Assembly: GCF_009914755.1 (NCBI RefSeq)
Contig: NC_060935.1
Direction: 5' to 3' (one strand)
Origin: the human T2T-CHM13v2.0 reference genome, Homo sapiens
DNA length: 64,000 nucleotides
The notes under the pieces were generated by a model. The model saw nothing but the letters and a program-made list of their open reading frames with translations, did no database searches and had not been told where the DNA came from. How positions within the stretch are numbered: the first letter of the stretch is position 1; each line of letters opens with the position of its first letter. A program made the translations under genes and the position numbers. This document shows positions 14,470-31,090 of this stretch, in pieces.

Positions 14470-14617
<148 letters not shown>

Positions 14618-14624
14618 TGAATTG

Positions 14625-14928
14625 TATTTATTTTTATTTTTTTAGAGATGAAGTCTCACTCTGTCACTAAGGCTAGGGTGCAGTGGCATGATCATAGCTC
14701 ACAGCAGCCTCAAACTCCTAGGCTCAAGCGATCCTCCTTCCTCATCCTCCCAAGTAGCTAGGACACCAGGCATCCATCACCATGCCTAGATAATTTATTT
14801 TTTATTTTTTTAGAGATGGGGTCTTGCTATATTAAGCAGGCTGATCTCGAACTCCTGGCCTCAAGTGATCCTCCCACCTTGGCCTCCTAAAGTGCTGGGA
14901 TTCCAGGTGTGAGCTGCCATGTTCAGCC
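14625..14928 (-). mobile_element. AluJ
   Basis: Antisense dimer with J-type motifs. Confidence 0.9.
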
Positions 14929-15100
14929 TAATTTACTTTTTTAACCTCTATTTTCTCTATTATCTCTTTTTGGAATTCCTGTAATTTGAATATTTTCTTG
15001 AATGCATCTTATAATTCTCTTTTTTCTTCTCTCCTAACTCTTACCTCTACTTTCTGATTAATTTCCTCCACTTATTTTTCAATCATCTATTGATTGTTAA

Positions 15101-15448
<348 letters not shown>

Positions 15449-16289
15449 AATATTTTTTTTATTAGCGTCCCATTCTTGATTTTGTAGATGCAATATTACA
15501 ACTTTCTAAGTACATAAGAGTTTTCTTCCCCATGCATAGTCTTTGTTTTCTCCAAGATTTGTTGTCTTCTGTTTGTTTGTTCGGCCTTTTGCTGGTAGAA
15601 GCTTTTTTCAAACGCCTGGTGCTTCTTAGTGACTGCTTATGAACAGGGTACCAAACAGCTGTGTGGTAGTACTTACCACTGGATGGGCAGAGCTTGCCAA
15701 GTGTAGATTTCACTGCAGGTAATCTAGCTGGGCCATTCCCTTGGGAAACTCTTGATGTCATTTGACAAAGTTTCTCTGGGAAACTTTATCTCCTGTTAGA
15801 GAATATAAGCCTAACTTTTACCATTCAGTGGAAGAAGGCTGGTGGTCTAAACTGGCATTTAACTTCCATGTCTTCATGTGTCGCAAATTGTGCCTCCTGT
15901 CCCATTGAAACTGTTGAAACTATTTTATCATCTCTAGAGAACAGAGGTCTAGCCTTTGGTAGGATGGAAGTGTGGAGCAGGGGAGAGGACATGGCATCTA
16001 CCCACTTTTTGAGCAACCTTTTAACAAATCTTGTTTTCAGTGCCAATTTTGCCCCTCTCCTTTCTAGAAGAATCTTATATCGCTCATTCCTGAGTCTTTG
16101 AGGCTTCTGAGATATAATGTAGGATGTTCCTGTCTGAGTTAGGATTGAACTTTCTCAGGCCTGCTTAGACAGGTCCAACTTATTAATATGGTACTTGTCA
16201 AATGTGCTTCCTAGCCTCCAGAATTGTGTTGCTCTTATCTCCTTTCCCGTAGTTTTTGTGAGTTTGTAATATTTTTTGTTGTGTTTTAA

Positions 16290-16641
16290 TGTGATGGTTA
16301 ATATTGAATATCAGTCTTCCAGCCTTCATCCTTCTCCCATGCTGGATGCTTCCTGCCCTCAAACATTGGACTCCAAGTTCTTCAGCTTTTGGACTCATGG
16401 AGTTACACCAGTGGTTCACCAGGGGCTCTTGGCCTTCAGCCACAGACTGAAGGCTGCACTGTCAGCTTCCCTACTTTTAAGGTTTTAGAACTCGAACTGG
16501 CTTCCTTGCTCCTCAGCTTGCAAACGACCTATTGTGGGACTTCACCTTGTAATCGTGTGAGTCAATACTCCTTAATATTCTCCTTTTCATATCTACATCT
16601 ATCCTATGAGTCCTTCCCTCTAGAGAATCCTAACTAATACA
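16290..16641 (+). mobile_element. MLT2A (HERV-L) solo LTR, internally deleted
   Basis: TGTGATGGTTAATATTGA start, CTAGAGAATCCTAACTAATACA end, internal AGCCACAGACTGAAGGCTGCACTGTC. Confidence 0.85.
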
Positions 16642-16984
16642 CTTTAGTTTAGTTTTAATGGGGTTTCAGGAAGAATGGAGTTAAAGAGTATACATCATCT
16701 GGCATGTTTAACCAGGAGTTCAAGCCAGTACTTGAACTTAACTTCCACTGTTCTAGACTGCCTCCCAGGAAACAGCCCCAATATAAGAATAATAGTAATC
16801 ATAATAAAAATAAATACATAATTACCAAGCTTTTATGATCTGCCAGACACTATTTTCAGCATATGGAAACTCATCATACACTAGCTGAGGCCACTGTGAA
16901 TGCTTGGGGTTCTCCTTTGGAGCCTTCCCTCGCCCCAGGGCAGCCTGAAGGAGGACTTGCAGAATCCTCTAATGGTAACAATAT

Positions 16985-17165
16985 TGGGTTCTGGAATGAC
17001 TTGTGTTCGATTTTTGGCTTCAATTACTAGCTATGTAACTGCTGCAGTGTGCACATCTGTAAAATGTAGTTACTAAATCATACCTATCTGCCTTCCTGGG
17101 ATATTGTGAGGATTATAAAATATAATGTATGTGAAGCTCTCAGCACAGTGTTTAGCAAATAGAAG
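16985..17165 (+). mobile_element. MIR
   Basis: CATCTGTAAAATG...TTGTGAGGATTA...CTCAGCACAGTG. Confidence 0.7.
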
Positions 17166-17600
17166 CATTCAGAAAAACAAAAAAAGCGCTAGGATAGGGA
17201 GAACAGAACCCTTCCCGCAGGAGGCCACATGTCTGTCCTGGGGTGAGTGTGACTTTGGCAACACTGTCCTGGAGACAGATCTGGGGTGAGGGGAGGAAGC
17301 TGGTGTTTAAGGTCCTTGAGGTGGCCACACCTACACATGTTCCCCTGCCTGTGCCTAGGATCTGACATTTCTCCATGCTCCTCTCTGGTTCTGCCTTTCC
17401 TCTTGACTATACTTTTCTGTGTCCCAACCCTTCTGTTAATACCTTACTGTCTCTGTCTCTATGTGCATTTGCTAATTAAGCTACATGGAGCCCGATAAGG
17501 ACAGAGTTTTTAATCTCCCTTTGCAAATAAAGGAACTGAAGCATAGAAAGGAGCCACCCCAAAGACACATGGTTGCATCCAGGACTCAAAACAGGAGATC

Positions 17601-17974
<374 letters not shown>

Positions 17975-18058
17975 TCAAGACTGGAAGGGTCTTGATCATC
18001 TGTTTCTGGGTCATTCCATCACCAGTCCTAATGACTACTTCATTTTCATTCTCGCTAG

Positions 18059-18869
<811 letters not shown>

Positions 18870-20579
18870 CTTATGCTAACTTCTGATGGAGAAGTTAGAG
18901 AAGTTCTTGCTCCAGGCCTCACAGTGGGTGGTACGTGGTAGAGCCCTCCTCTCCCACTACTTCCCCCAAATTGCTTTCACCATGAGCCAAGGCTTCAAAA
19001 CCTTTGCTTCACATTTTGGCTTAAGGTGATCTAACCTCAGAGCTCACCACTCGGCCACATCAGCCACTGTCAGGTTCAAGGTACGCTTCACCGTGCACTG
19101 GCCTGTTCTCCTGGCCTGGTGTCCATGGCTCGGACCACGTCCTCCTCTGGAATAGCCCATCTCCAGGTTTGTTGTCAGCCAGAATTCCCGACTTCTCCCA
19201 CAGCAAACACTTCCTCCTGGTTTCAGCTCCCCCGTGGTCTCCTCTCCCCAGCTCCTTCCTCGTTTTCCGCTCCTTATTTCCCTTCATTGACTGCCAGAAT
19301 GAGGCACAGAGGAGCCCCAGGAAAGGGGCCTGACACTTGGCTCCACCCTGGGCTGCAATATGTTGCTTCAGTTATTCCTCACTTTAATTCCCTTCTTATG
19401 AGAAACTGAAGCCCAGACAGGAATATTAAGAAAGTTGTCACCCCATAAATACACACAATTATTATTTGTCCCTAAAAAATAAATTTGCCATAAGTGCTAT
19501 AAGGTCACCTAGCCAGAAAATACTGGAACAGAATTGCCTTCATATCAGATTTCAGAGCAAGCGAGACTAGCTAAAGAGACAGGATATCAGGGAATGATCA
19601 GGAGGGAAGCTTATGGTGCAGAGACCAGGAGGGTATCCAGAAAATGTGAAACAGTGGAGAGGGTAATGGAATCAAAACCATGTTTGGCTGGAGGGACACT
19701 AGAAATCTGGGTACCCTGAATTGTGAAGACATGGTAGGGGTGGGGGCATCTTAGGCGTTTGAGATTAGTGCTGGGGGCTTCTACTCCCCAAATTTCCCCC
19801 GCATGACTCCTATCAGAGGCCTAGGGTGCTGGGCAGAGGCTCTGGAGTGAGGAGGAGTTAGCCTGGGCATCGGGTTGCTGGTGGGTTTGTGTCAGTGTAA
19901 TGTGAGAGTGAGGAAGGGGACTGGCGGAGCTGCCAGCACTCTCCTCAGGGCAGGGCCCCCACGGAGCAAACAGCTGTGGCCTCCAAAGGGCACCAGTTCC
20001 AAAGGTTCTCTTTTTCTTCATGAGACTACAAGACCAGGATGAGGGAAAAGGGGCGTTTGGTTGGGAACCTGGTTTACATTTTAGATAGAGACTCTAATTG
20101 ATTCAGACCTGAGCCTCTTCACTTCTCAGGAGTGAGAAGCCACTGAGCTCCTTCCATGTTCCAGGAGAGTAAGGCCTTTTCCTCTCCAGAGAAGGTTCTG
20201 GCTTAACCCATTCCTGGCCCTCAGATGTCTGTGTCCTCTGGCCAGTGTAAGCTTGCAGAGCAGGGAGTGATAGGAAGAGGCCCTGGCATCAGGAAGATGC
20301 AGAAAGGATCAACACCCACTCCTTTCCTCAACTTCAGGCTTTGCTCCTTCCTCACAGACACATCCCTGCTGCCATGTGGCCTGGGTTCCCCTGGCAGCCT
20401 CACGACCCTCCCATCCCTGCACCTAGACCAGACGGATGCTTAAAGAAAGTCCACCTCCTGGGCGGTTAGAAGATCGGGGTCTAAATATCACTTATTTTTC
20501 TGCATATGATCTTGTGCCGGTCATTTAATTTCTTTGTACTGCGTATTCCTTAGCACAAAATACAAGCATTAGACTTTTT

Positions 20580-21300
<721 letters not shown>

Positions 21301-23579
21301 CCCTTTGTAGTGACTCAACTTGGGGTGGTTGCCCAGCTCATTAGCCACCCAGGGGTGGTGTCTGTGATGTTTTCCTCACGGGGAACCCTCTCCTTGTCAG
21401 CATCCTTTACCCTGTAGTCCAGGCATCCACCGGGTCTTCTATTTGCGGGGCTGCCGTGCTTGGTCCTGGGGTGGTGGGCACCCCTTAAGCTGGACCAATG
21501 CAGAATCCTTTGCTGGGAATGTTCTCACTGAATCCAGGAGAGGGAAGCCCTGTTTTCTCATTAGGAAACTGGGATGACAAAAACCTAGGAGCTGCCAGAG
21601 GGCCTGAAAGAATGCAAGTGGCAGAGACAATAGAGAATCTCGTTTTTAACCAAAGGTCTAGATCATTTGTAAGGTGCCTCTGCTTCTAATGTTTTGGGTC
21701 GCTGGGAGAGGAAATCAGAGTGACTCGGGGCTTTCTTTTCTCACATTCACCTCTCTATGAATTCTGGCTGGGACTCTTTGAACTCTTGGAAGGCCAAGGA
21801 CCTTTCTGGGAAGCCCTTTGCTCCATCTTCTTGACTTGATTGACTCTTCTAAAGGTAGAGATTCTCCAGCATCTCCTCGCCGAGATTGCATTTGTAATAA
21901 AGAACTACCTTCTTTGAGAGGCACCATTTGAAAGCTGTCCTCAGTCATTTGCATTTCAGTGTGTTTTTCAGGTCTTTTTATGAGAGCAAACTTTCCTCAG
22001 GGAGCCAGGATAAAGCAGGCAAACATGGATACATTCAAGGTGAAATATCTTTATTTCACAGTTCCTTCAAGCTCCTGGCCCTTACTTCTCCCGCTGGACA
22101 TTCTCCCCATCTCACTCTTGCCATCACAGGCCACCACCTCCTCATCAAGCCTCCACCTCCTCTTCCTTCTTCTCTTCCTGCATGCAATGAGGATCAGAGT
22201 CCCTGCTGCACAGGGCTCCTATAAGAATCAAACGAGTTACTGCAGGTGATTGTGCTTTGTAAACTGTAAAGCACTGTCATTATTAACACCCAGGAGGAGA
22301 GGAAGCACAGGAGCACAGAGACACCAGGAGGGAGGGGGCAGTGGATAATTGAGAAGGCAGAAAAGGGCAGTCCTGAAGGACCCCACACTGAGTGAATCGG
22401 CCAGTGGGAAAAGAGACTGGGGCTGGAGAAGGGGAGCTAGCAGCTTTGGAATGCAGAAAGTATTCAGATGTCCAAGCCAGGAGTGAAACCCCCACCTCTA
22501 ACATTATTCATTTCCCTGGAGTGGGTGGCCTCAAGGAGTTTCTGTGACCTGCTCAGAGCAGGGGCTGCCTGAGGCCCGCGGCCTCTCTCGTGGTCCATCT
22601 TTCTGTCTCTCCATCCATCTCTCTCAGCCCTCAGGAGCTGGAGGCTGTTTCCCCCTGTCCATTCCTCAGACATCCCGAGGTGGAGAGAGACGGACAAGGA
22701 GATGTTGGTGTCTAGGAATCCTGGTGGGGTTGAGGGGAGTTGGGATCTGAGCTCTCCACTCTTCACCCCATCATCACTCGAGGGCCACAGCGGGGCAGTT
22801 GGGCACAGACAGCTTGGGGATGTGCGGCTCCCCCAAGGCGGGGCTGGGATATCAAAGTTGGAAGCGCGGGGGCATGTCAGCCTGGCTTTGTGAGTGGGGC
22901 TCCCATCAGTGCATGAAAGCCTTGCTCTACAAACTGCATTCGCTGCGCTCCCAACCTGCATTCCCCATTGGTCACGGCCTGGCCCCCAGCTGCATTCCTG
23001 GGCTAGAGGAGGCAGAGGGGCCTGGCCTCTTTGTTCTTCCCAAATCAGGGCTCAGAACCATGACAGGCTGATCACATTACCCAGCTGAGGTCAGCTTGGC
23101 AGGAGTGACCCCTCTTTCTCCTCCCCCATCTCACCAAGCCAGAGCCCCCCATTCCACCTTGTTGGCTCTCTCTACCTGTGCTGGGTCCTTCATAACAGGC
23201 TGCAATGGGTCTCCGTTGGGGAAGGAAAATCTTCAAAACCACAGCTCTGCTTCTGCTTCCTTCCAAGGTCAGATGCTGGGAGCAATGCCCAGACCCTCAT
23301 TCCAGAGCTTGGCCAATTTCAGGCCATCTCCAAGGGCGTACAGCTGCTCTGGGGTGGGCCCAACTGCCCTGCTTGCTGCTGGACCTCTCAGAACCCATAT
23401 AACATACACCTGGGTGGCGTCTCAGATCTGAGTTCAGTATCAGAACAAAGCCAGGTTCCCGCATTACCATAGATAGGATGCTTTTCTGACCTGAGCCCCC
23501 ATTTAAACCACTGCCCCCTTGGCCTAGGGGTGACATCTTACCACCCCACTTCCTGTCCTATGCCTAGTGACAGGAACGC

Positions 23580-23770
23580 AAGCTTGAATCTGACCCGCCT
23601 GGGTCGATTCTTGGCTCTGCCACCTCCTTGCTGTGTGACCTTGGATGACTTACTTTACTTCTCTGTCCTTAATTTCCTCATTTGTAAAACTCAGCCAATC
23701 ATGAGGCTTGAAAAAGATATTGTATTATAGATTTCTGGTCTGTTGGGTACACAACAAAAGCTACTTCTCC
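23580..23770 (+). mobile_element. MIR
   Basis: GCTGTGTGACCTTGGATGAC...TTTCCTCATTTGTAAAA. Confidence 0.8.
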
Positions 23771-25149
23771 CACCCTCTTCCCTTCGCTTCCCTGAAATGA
23801 GTGGCCTCAAGGAGAGTCTTCACTAGGTCCTTCAGATCCTTTCTTCCTTTCTCTGAATTCCTAAAACTCCAAGAACAAGGGCCAAGGTATCTGGAGATAG
23901 CTATACCCAAATCACCCTGTGCTGTTCTGAAGAGTTTTATATGTCAGCTTTTGTCTCCCCAGCAAGCTTGTTGGCATTCCAGGAAAGACCTTTACTTTGT
24001 TATTTGTCCAACAAATGTGTAGTGAAGGTAACTGACCAGGCCACTGGGGATCCAGCAGTTGAGAAAGCAGTCCGGGTACCTGCTGTCACTAAGCTCGCAG
24101 CAGCATGGACAGGCAGGCCCTGTTTAATTGCACAATGAGTTGCAGTGAATTTTCCCAGTTGTACTGAGCACTGAGGTGGAAAAGCACAGGCCATCGTGAG
24201 AACAGAACAGGAGACTCTGAGAAGGCTCCTCTGAGTAAATGACATTGAAACTGAGACCCGCAGTCCTAGCAAGGAGCAGGAGGCAGGGAAACAGTCCTGG
24301 CTGACAGCCCAAGTGCAACTGTGAAGTGGGTGGGGAGGAACCCAGCCTGATAAGGAACGTGGACTGCCTTCTAAGTGAAACCAGAAGCTATTATGAGGTT
24401 TTGAGCAGAAGCATGATGAAATCTGGGGTACTGGGCAAAGAGAAGAAAGGAGGTGAGGCTGGCCAGGGGTGGAAGGTGGTGAGACTCTTGGTGCTTCTTA
24501 GGCAGCGGATAGCTTGGAGGTATCGATTGGTGGCCCGGGCTGTATAGGGGCAGCAGAGACCGAGAGAGGCAGGCAGACCCATAGGGGCTCCTCCACAAAG
24601 ATGTATTTGAAATTGAGGGCTTGGTTGGCCTGGGAGAACCATACTTTGGCCTGCTCTGAGTTACACAAGAAATGTGAACACCCTCGAAATAGCCCAGCCC
24701 TCATGGCTGAGGGGGTGTTTTCAGAGATTTTCAGCAGGGAGGACTCCTTTTATTGTTCTCACTCTCGCCTCATGACTTGTGTTGAAGGATTTTTGTCTGC
24801 TAGACAAATTGAATTCATTAAATGACTAATTAACTTTGCTGGCTTGTGTTTTATTAGTTGGGCCTACAGACCTGGTAATCCGAAGCTGCTGATGGCAGAA
24901 GATAACCGCTGCTTCCACATGGAGATGATTTAATTGCATCCCAAGCAGAGAAATGTGATGTTACGGTGAATCTGAGCAGCCTTGTTATTTATTTTACCCA
25001 ATGGAGTTTATTGAGTATGTGTGAACAAAGCACAGCCCCTGCCCTCCAGGAGAGTTGAGTCTTGGAGGAGATACAGACAAGGAAACAGCCAATCACAATA
25101 CAGCATTACATACCAGGCAAGCACAGGGTTCCGGGGTCACAGCCTTGGG

Positions 25150-25638
25150 AGGTGGGCTAGATGTTCTCCTTCTGTCCCTCCAGACGCACTCTGCACCTGC
25201 ACCCACCCTGCTGCATGCCCCAGGCTCACTCGAAGGACTGTGCCAACCGCCCTCCTCTGCCCTGTCTCTTCCAGTTGAGTTTTTGCCAGTGGGATTCCCT
25301 GGCAGGAGGGGGAGGAGGTCAGCTTCCTCCCTGATCAGCCACCATGGATCTGGGGCTGCTGTGGCTGTGGTCCTCTACTGAAGGCCACAGAGCCTGTCAG
25401 GAGGCCCCTTCTTACAGCTATAGGTCTTGCAAAGTTCTGGTAGCTACCCCCTTCCCTTGTTCCTGTGGACTTATGGTGGAACGAGGACTTGAGCTGCTGC
25501 TGCTAGCTGTTTCATCACCCCTTGTTGGTGTCCTTTAATCCAGCCAAACACATTGTCAATAGTCCCTTCTTAAACTCTCCTCAGTTACCCCATTTGCAGG
25601 ACTCGACTGTTCCGGCTGGGAACCTACCTGACTCACAC
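25150..25638 (+). mobile_element. LTR33-family (ERVL) solo LTR
   Basis: CCTCTACTGAAGGCCACAG...AATAGTCCCTTCTTAAACTCTCCTCAGTTACCC...CTGACTCACA. Confidence 0.7.
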
Positions 25639-27681
25639 AGGTAGGAAAGCTTCCTAGAGGGTTGCCATTGACGCTGTTATCAGAAGAATGACTAGAAATT
25701 AGCTTTAGTGCAGAAATATATGATTTCTAGGAGATTTTTCATAAACACTAAAATAGCTCTCCAACCTCCTTTGCTACCTATGGGACATTTAGGAACTGGG
25801 TAAGTCCAGGCTGGGAATCACTGGCCTAGAGCCTAAGAGGCTGCACAGACCCAAATGTAGAGGCCTTGGCTTTCTGCTTGCAGACTCTAAGGTGGGAAGA
25901 GAGAAAGTCAGGGGCTGCCTGCACCAGAGGGGCACTTCCCCTCAGGGGCTCCCTGGGACATGCGTGGGGGCCCTGCCATTTCCATTCCTTTCCCCAACCG
26001 GGCTCTGTCTTTTCAAAGAGCCAGCCTTGGGGGAGGCCGGTGAGAATGATGCCTGGGGAAAGAATGTGCCCTGCTCTGTCAGGCTGAGGGGGACAGCTGC
26101 CTGAAAGATCAGGTTTCAGAAGAAACAGGACTACCTCCTCCTGCATAGCAGTCCGGGCTCCCGGATGCCTGGACACCTGCTGAGGTCCCCTCCTCTGACC
26201 CCTCCCACTGTTCTCGGGGATGGGAAAGAGCTGAGCCCAGCTGTGGGTCTGTCATGCTCTCCCTCTCACTGCCTCTGGTCCCTCTCCCACTCCCTGTCAC
26301 CTCCAATTAGACAACTCACATTCATGCTTTTCAGAATCTGGCCTCCTCACCAGCTTAATTCTGCACCGGTCCATGCCCTCTCCTGCATCTCCCCCCAACC
26401 CCCACCAGCTTCTGGAGGCTTCCATTTGAGATTTCATGCTGGCCTCACCCTCGTGTCTCTGTGGAGAACGCACTGCGCTTCTTCCTGCCAGGTCCGGGGC
26501 TCCGTCTCCCATTCCTCTTTCATCTACCTGAGACTCCAGGTCCTGCCATCTTTGGAGGTTAGCCTATGTCCCTCCGGCACCACCAACACCAGCACCTGCA
26601 CCTCTCATGAGGAGCTCTGCTACCCTGTATTATTATGTAAATAACTAGCTACTATTATTTTCAGTGCCTACTCTGTGCAGGCAATTTGTCATGCACCATA
26701 ACCCAACCATGTAGGGTGCTACCAGCACCATGTCACTGTTGAGGCCATCAAGCCCACAGAGCTGGGATCTTCCGTTTTGAAAGCCCTGGCTCTGAGCACT
26801 ACACACACTGCCCTGTGGCTTCTCCCAGGTGCGCGGCAAGTCTCTGGGGTAGGGAGCGTCTGGTGCAGTTCTCGCGCTCCACTCGGGCTGCCCGGCAGCA
26901 TTGGGCACATGGGCTGTTCACGGGGCAGCTGCAATTCTCCATTTAGCTTGAATCAGTTCATGTAGGGCTCTGCTCAAAGGCAGCCATTCCCAGGATACAA
27001 GCCAGAGTCCTGTTAGTGGCCCACGAGGCCCTGTGTGATTGCTGCACGCACTGTGCCACTTGCCTGCTCTGCTCCAAGCACACTGGCTCCCAGCTGGGAC
27101 TCCCATGTTCCAAGCATGCCCAGAGTCCCGCCATGAGTAACTGGCAAAGCCAGCACCCAGGACTCCTGTCTCTGGCCAGAGCTCTGTCCACCACTTAAGA
27201 CTGTCTCCCAACTGCCTGGTCCACAGGACCTTATTTCCTGCCAGAGCCGAGGAAGCTGTATCCTTGCTGCAGTGGCTCTGTTCCCACGTGAGCACCGTGG
27301 CCATCGTGGACTCTCGCACCCTCCTGCTCCTGCAGCTATTGAGGCCTCCGGGCCGGCCCCACCTCTCTCTCAGAACTGTGTCCCCTCCTCCTTTCTCCCC
27401 ACACTCCCAGGCCCCAGGCACCCTATCCTTCGGCTGCATATACCACTCCCAGGGGGAACCAGGACCCCTCGCCACCGGGCCTTCGCTGTTGCTGTTCCCC
27501 ACTTGTTCCTGTCCAAGTCTTGAGGTTCTGTCCTAATCACACCCACCTGCGAGCTGTTCCAATCTCCCCTCTGTCCCTTCTCCAGTTGAATAGCAGCCAC
27601 TCTCCCTCCCTCTGCTGTTCTCCATGGCCTGTTGATTATCCGTCTCCTCACCCTCAGCCCCCATCTCTGCCATCAGGCCAC

Positions 27682-27975
<294 letters not shown>

Positions 27976-28214
27976 TGGCACCGTATTTCTCAGCCTTTTG
28001 CTTATGTGTATTTCAGTCTCCACCTTTAGACTGTGAGACCCTAAAGGCAGAAAAAGGGTCATGTACATGTCATGCCCCGTGGTGGCTGGTGCCCAGTCCA
28101 TACATGCAGATTTTAAATAATTCAGTGGAGTTGTCTGAGGGGGTAACTGAGGGCCAGACGAGAAAAGAATTGCCCCAGGTCATGAGGCAAGGTCCACAGC
28201 GCATCTAATCCCAG

Positions 28215-28886
28215 CAGGGATGGCAAGTGCAGTTTTCATTTCAGAGAAGCAGCCCATACGTGTTTAGTGTAAGTGGCAAGCAGACTTGTAGGGCAGTCCC
28301 ATGACTCTTGTTTCTGGCCGTTACTAGTGCGATTGTTATGTCATGTGACAAAAGAGAGATGACCCGGAGGAGCCTACTATGATCTCAGGAATCCTTCAAG
28401 AGCAGTTTTCTTTGGCCGGGGTGGAGGGGAAGTCAGAGATGAGAAACGTGCTTTTGGAGATAGCTTGGAGACACCTGGCCAGGAATGTGGATGGCCTCTG
28501 AAGCTGAGAACAGCCTCAGCTGAGAGGCAGCAAGCAAAGAGGGACCTCAGCCCTCCAACCACAAGAAAATGAATCCAGCCAGCAACCTGAATGAGCTGGA
28601 AGCCGACACATCCCAGAGCCTCCAGAAAGGAGCGCAGCCCCTGGACATCTCTACTGCAGCCTGTGAGACTCTCCGCGGAGGACGCGGCTGAGCCATGCTG
28701 ACGTGCAGAACTTCCAGCTATGGAATTTGTGTTTAGGCTGTTCGGTTTGTGGTCATTTGTTACAGAGCAATAGAAAAATAATACAGTGAGTATGTCTCAA
28801 ATATCGCACAGGACATGGACTGAAAAAGCATCAGTCAAATTTAACTGGGTCTTCTGTCATTTTGTCTGCTAAATCTGGCAACTTAA
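28215..28886. mobile_element. MER53 relic split by an MLT1 LTR
   Basis: Right half GTATGTCTCAAATAT...AAATTTAACTGGG...GCTAAATCTGGCAACT; degenerate left half ...TTTAGTGTAAG. Confidence 0.6.
28274..28785 (+). mobile_element. MLT1 (MLT1E-like) MaLR LTR
   Basis: CAGCAACCTGAATGAGCTGGAAG and GTTTGTGGTCATTTGTTACAGAGCAATAGAAAAATAATACA end; TSD approximately GT(A/G)AG. Confidence 0.8.
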
Positions 28887-29228
28887 ATCCCAGGTAAGGC
28901 ACGGACAGAGTCGGTGGGGCATAGACTCACTCAAGATGTCCCCAACTGGCACAGCGTTCCCCACACTGGAAGTGGTTTGCACACTCCCTCCAACCAGACA
29001 AAAAAGAGAGGGTTTCCAACGAACCCACCCAATAGCTGCACACAAATTGTAGCAACTTTCCTCACCTGGAGCCCATAGATAGAGTTCAGGGGTCTGTGAC
29101 CTCAGATGGGAAAATCCGTACACCTTCATTTTCACTACTGTCTAACTTAAATATTTCCTTCAATTAAGAATATAGGCATTGTCAGTACTTATGACATTGT
29201 TACCAATATAAATCACATTACAGCTTTT

Positions 29229-29924
29229 CAATGGGAATGGCAATCATTAAAAAGTCAGGAAACAACTGTTTGATAAATAGGCTGTTGAGAAATAAGAATG
29301 CTTTTACACTGTTGGTGGGAGTGTAAATTAGTTCAACCATTGCCAAAGGCAGTGTGGCGATTCCTCAAGGATCTAGAACCAGAAATACCATTTGACCCAG
29401 CAATCCCATTACTGGGTATATGCCCAAAGGATTATAAATCATTCTGCTATAAAGACACATGCACACGTATGTTTACTGCAGCACTGTTCACAATAGCAAA
29501 GACTTGGAACCAACCCAAATGTCCATCAGTGATAGACTGGATAAAGAAAATGTGGCACATATACACCATGGAATACTATACAGCCATAAAAAAGGATGAG
29601 TTCATGTTCTTTGCAGGGACATGGGTGAAGCATCATTCTCAGCAAACTCACACAGGAACAGAAAACCAAACACCACATGTTCTCACTCAGAAGTGGGAGT
29701 TGAACAATGAGAGCACGTGGACACAGGTAGGGGAATATCACACACTGGGGCCTGTCATGGGGTGGGGGATTAGGGGAGGGGTAGCATTAGGAGAAATACC
29801 TAACGTAGATGATGGATTGATGGGTGCAGCAAACCACCATGGCACGTGTATACCTACGTAATAAACCTGCACGTTCTGCACATGTACCCCAGAAAAAAGT
29901 ATAACAATAAAAAAAGGTTAAGAA
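29229..29924 (+). mobile_element. 5'-truncated L1PA (ORF2 C-terminus and 3' UTR)
   Basis: ORF 29298-29861 is the L1 ORF2p end (LLHCWWECKLVQPL...IPFDPAIPLLGI); A tail; 19-bp TSD AAATCACATTACAGCTTTT. Confidence 0.95.
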
Positions 29925-29996
29925 AAATCACATTACAGCTTTTGCTGATAATACAAAATAGTATTTACATTCATCACTATTTTGAAATTATGGTAG

Positions 29997-30345
<349 letters not shown>

Positions 30346-30521
30346 TAGTTAAAAAGCACATATATTACTATATCACACATGTGTTTAATGTTTTGATAAC
30401 CACATTTTAATATAATTGGGTTCCTTTGTAAATCTAATCTATTTTTTTTAATTATTCTAGGAAGGGGCCCATGGACTTCGGACTGCATCCATGGCACAAA
30501 AAGATGAAGAACCGGGCTAGA

Positions 30522-31090
<569 letters not shown>

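Noticed and set aside
26918-27502. 194-aa minus-strand ORF (likewise 35918-36505, 60802-61371 and 62306-62854)
   Set aside because: No recognisable domain, overlapping ORFs on both strands in GC-rich DNA, and no supporting exon structure.
29298-29861. 187-aa ORF
   Set aside because: L1 ORF2 C-terminus reading into the 3' UTR of a truncated copy; not a host gene.
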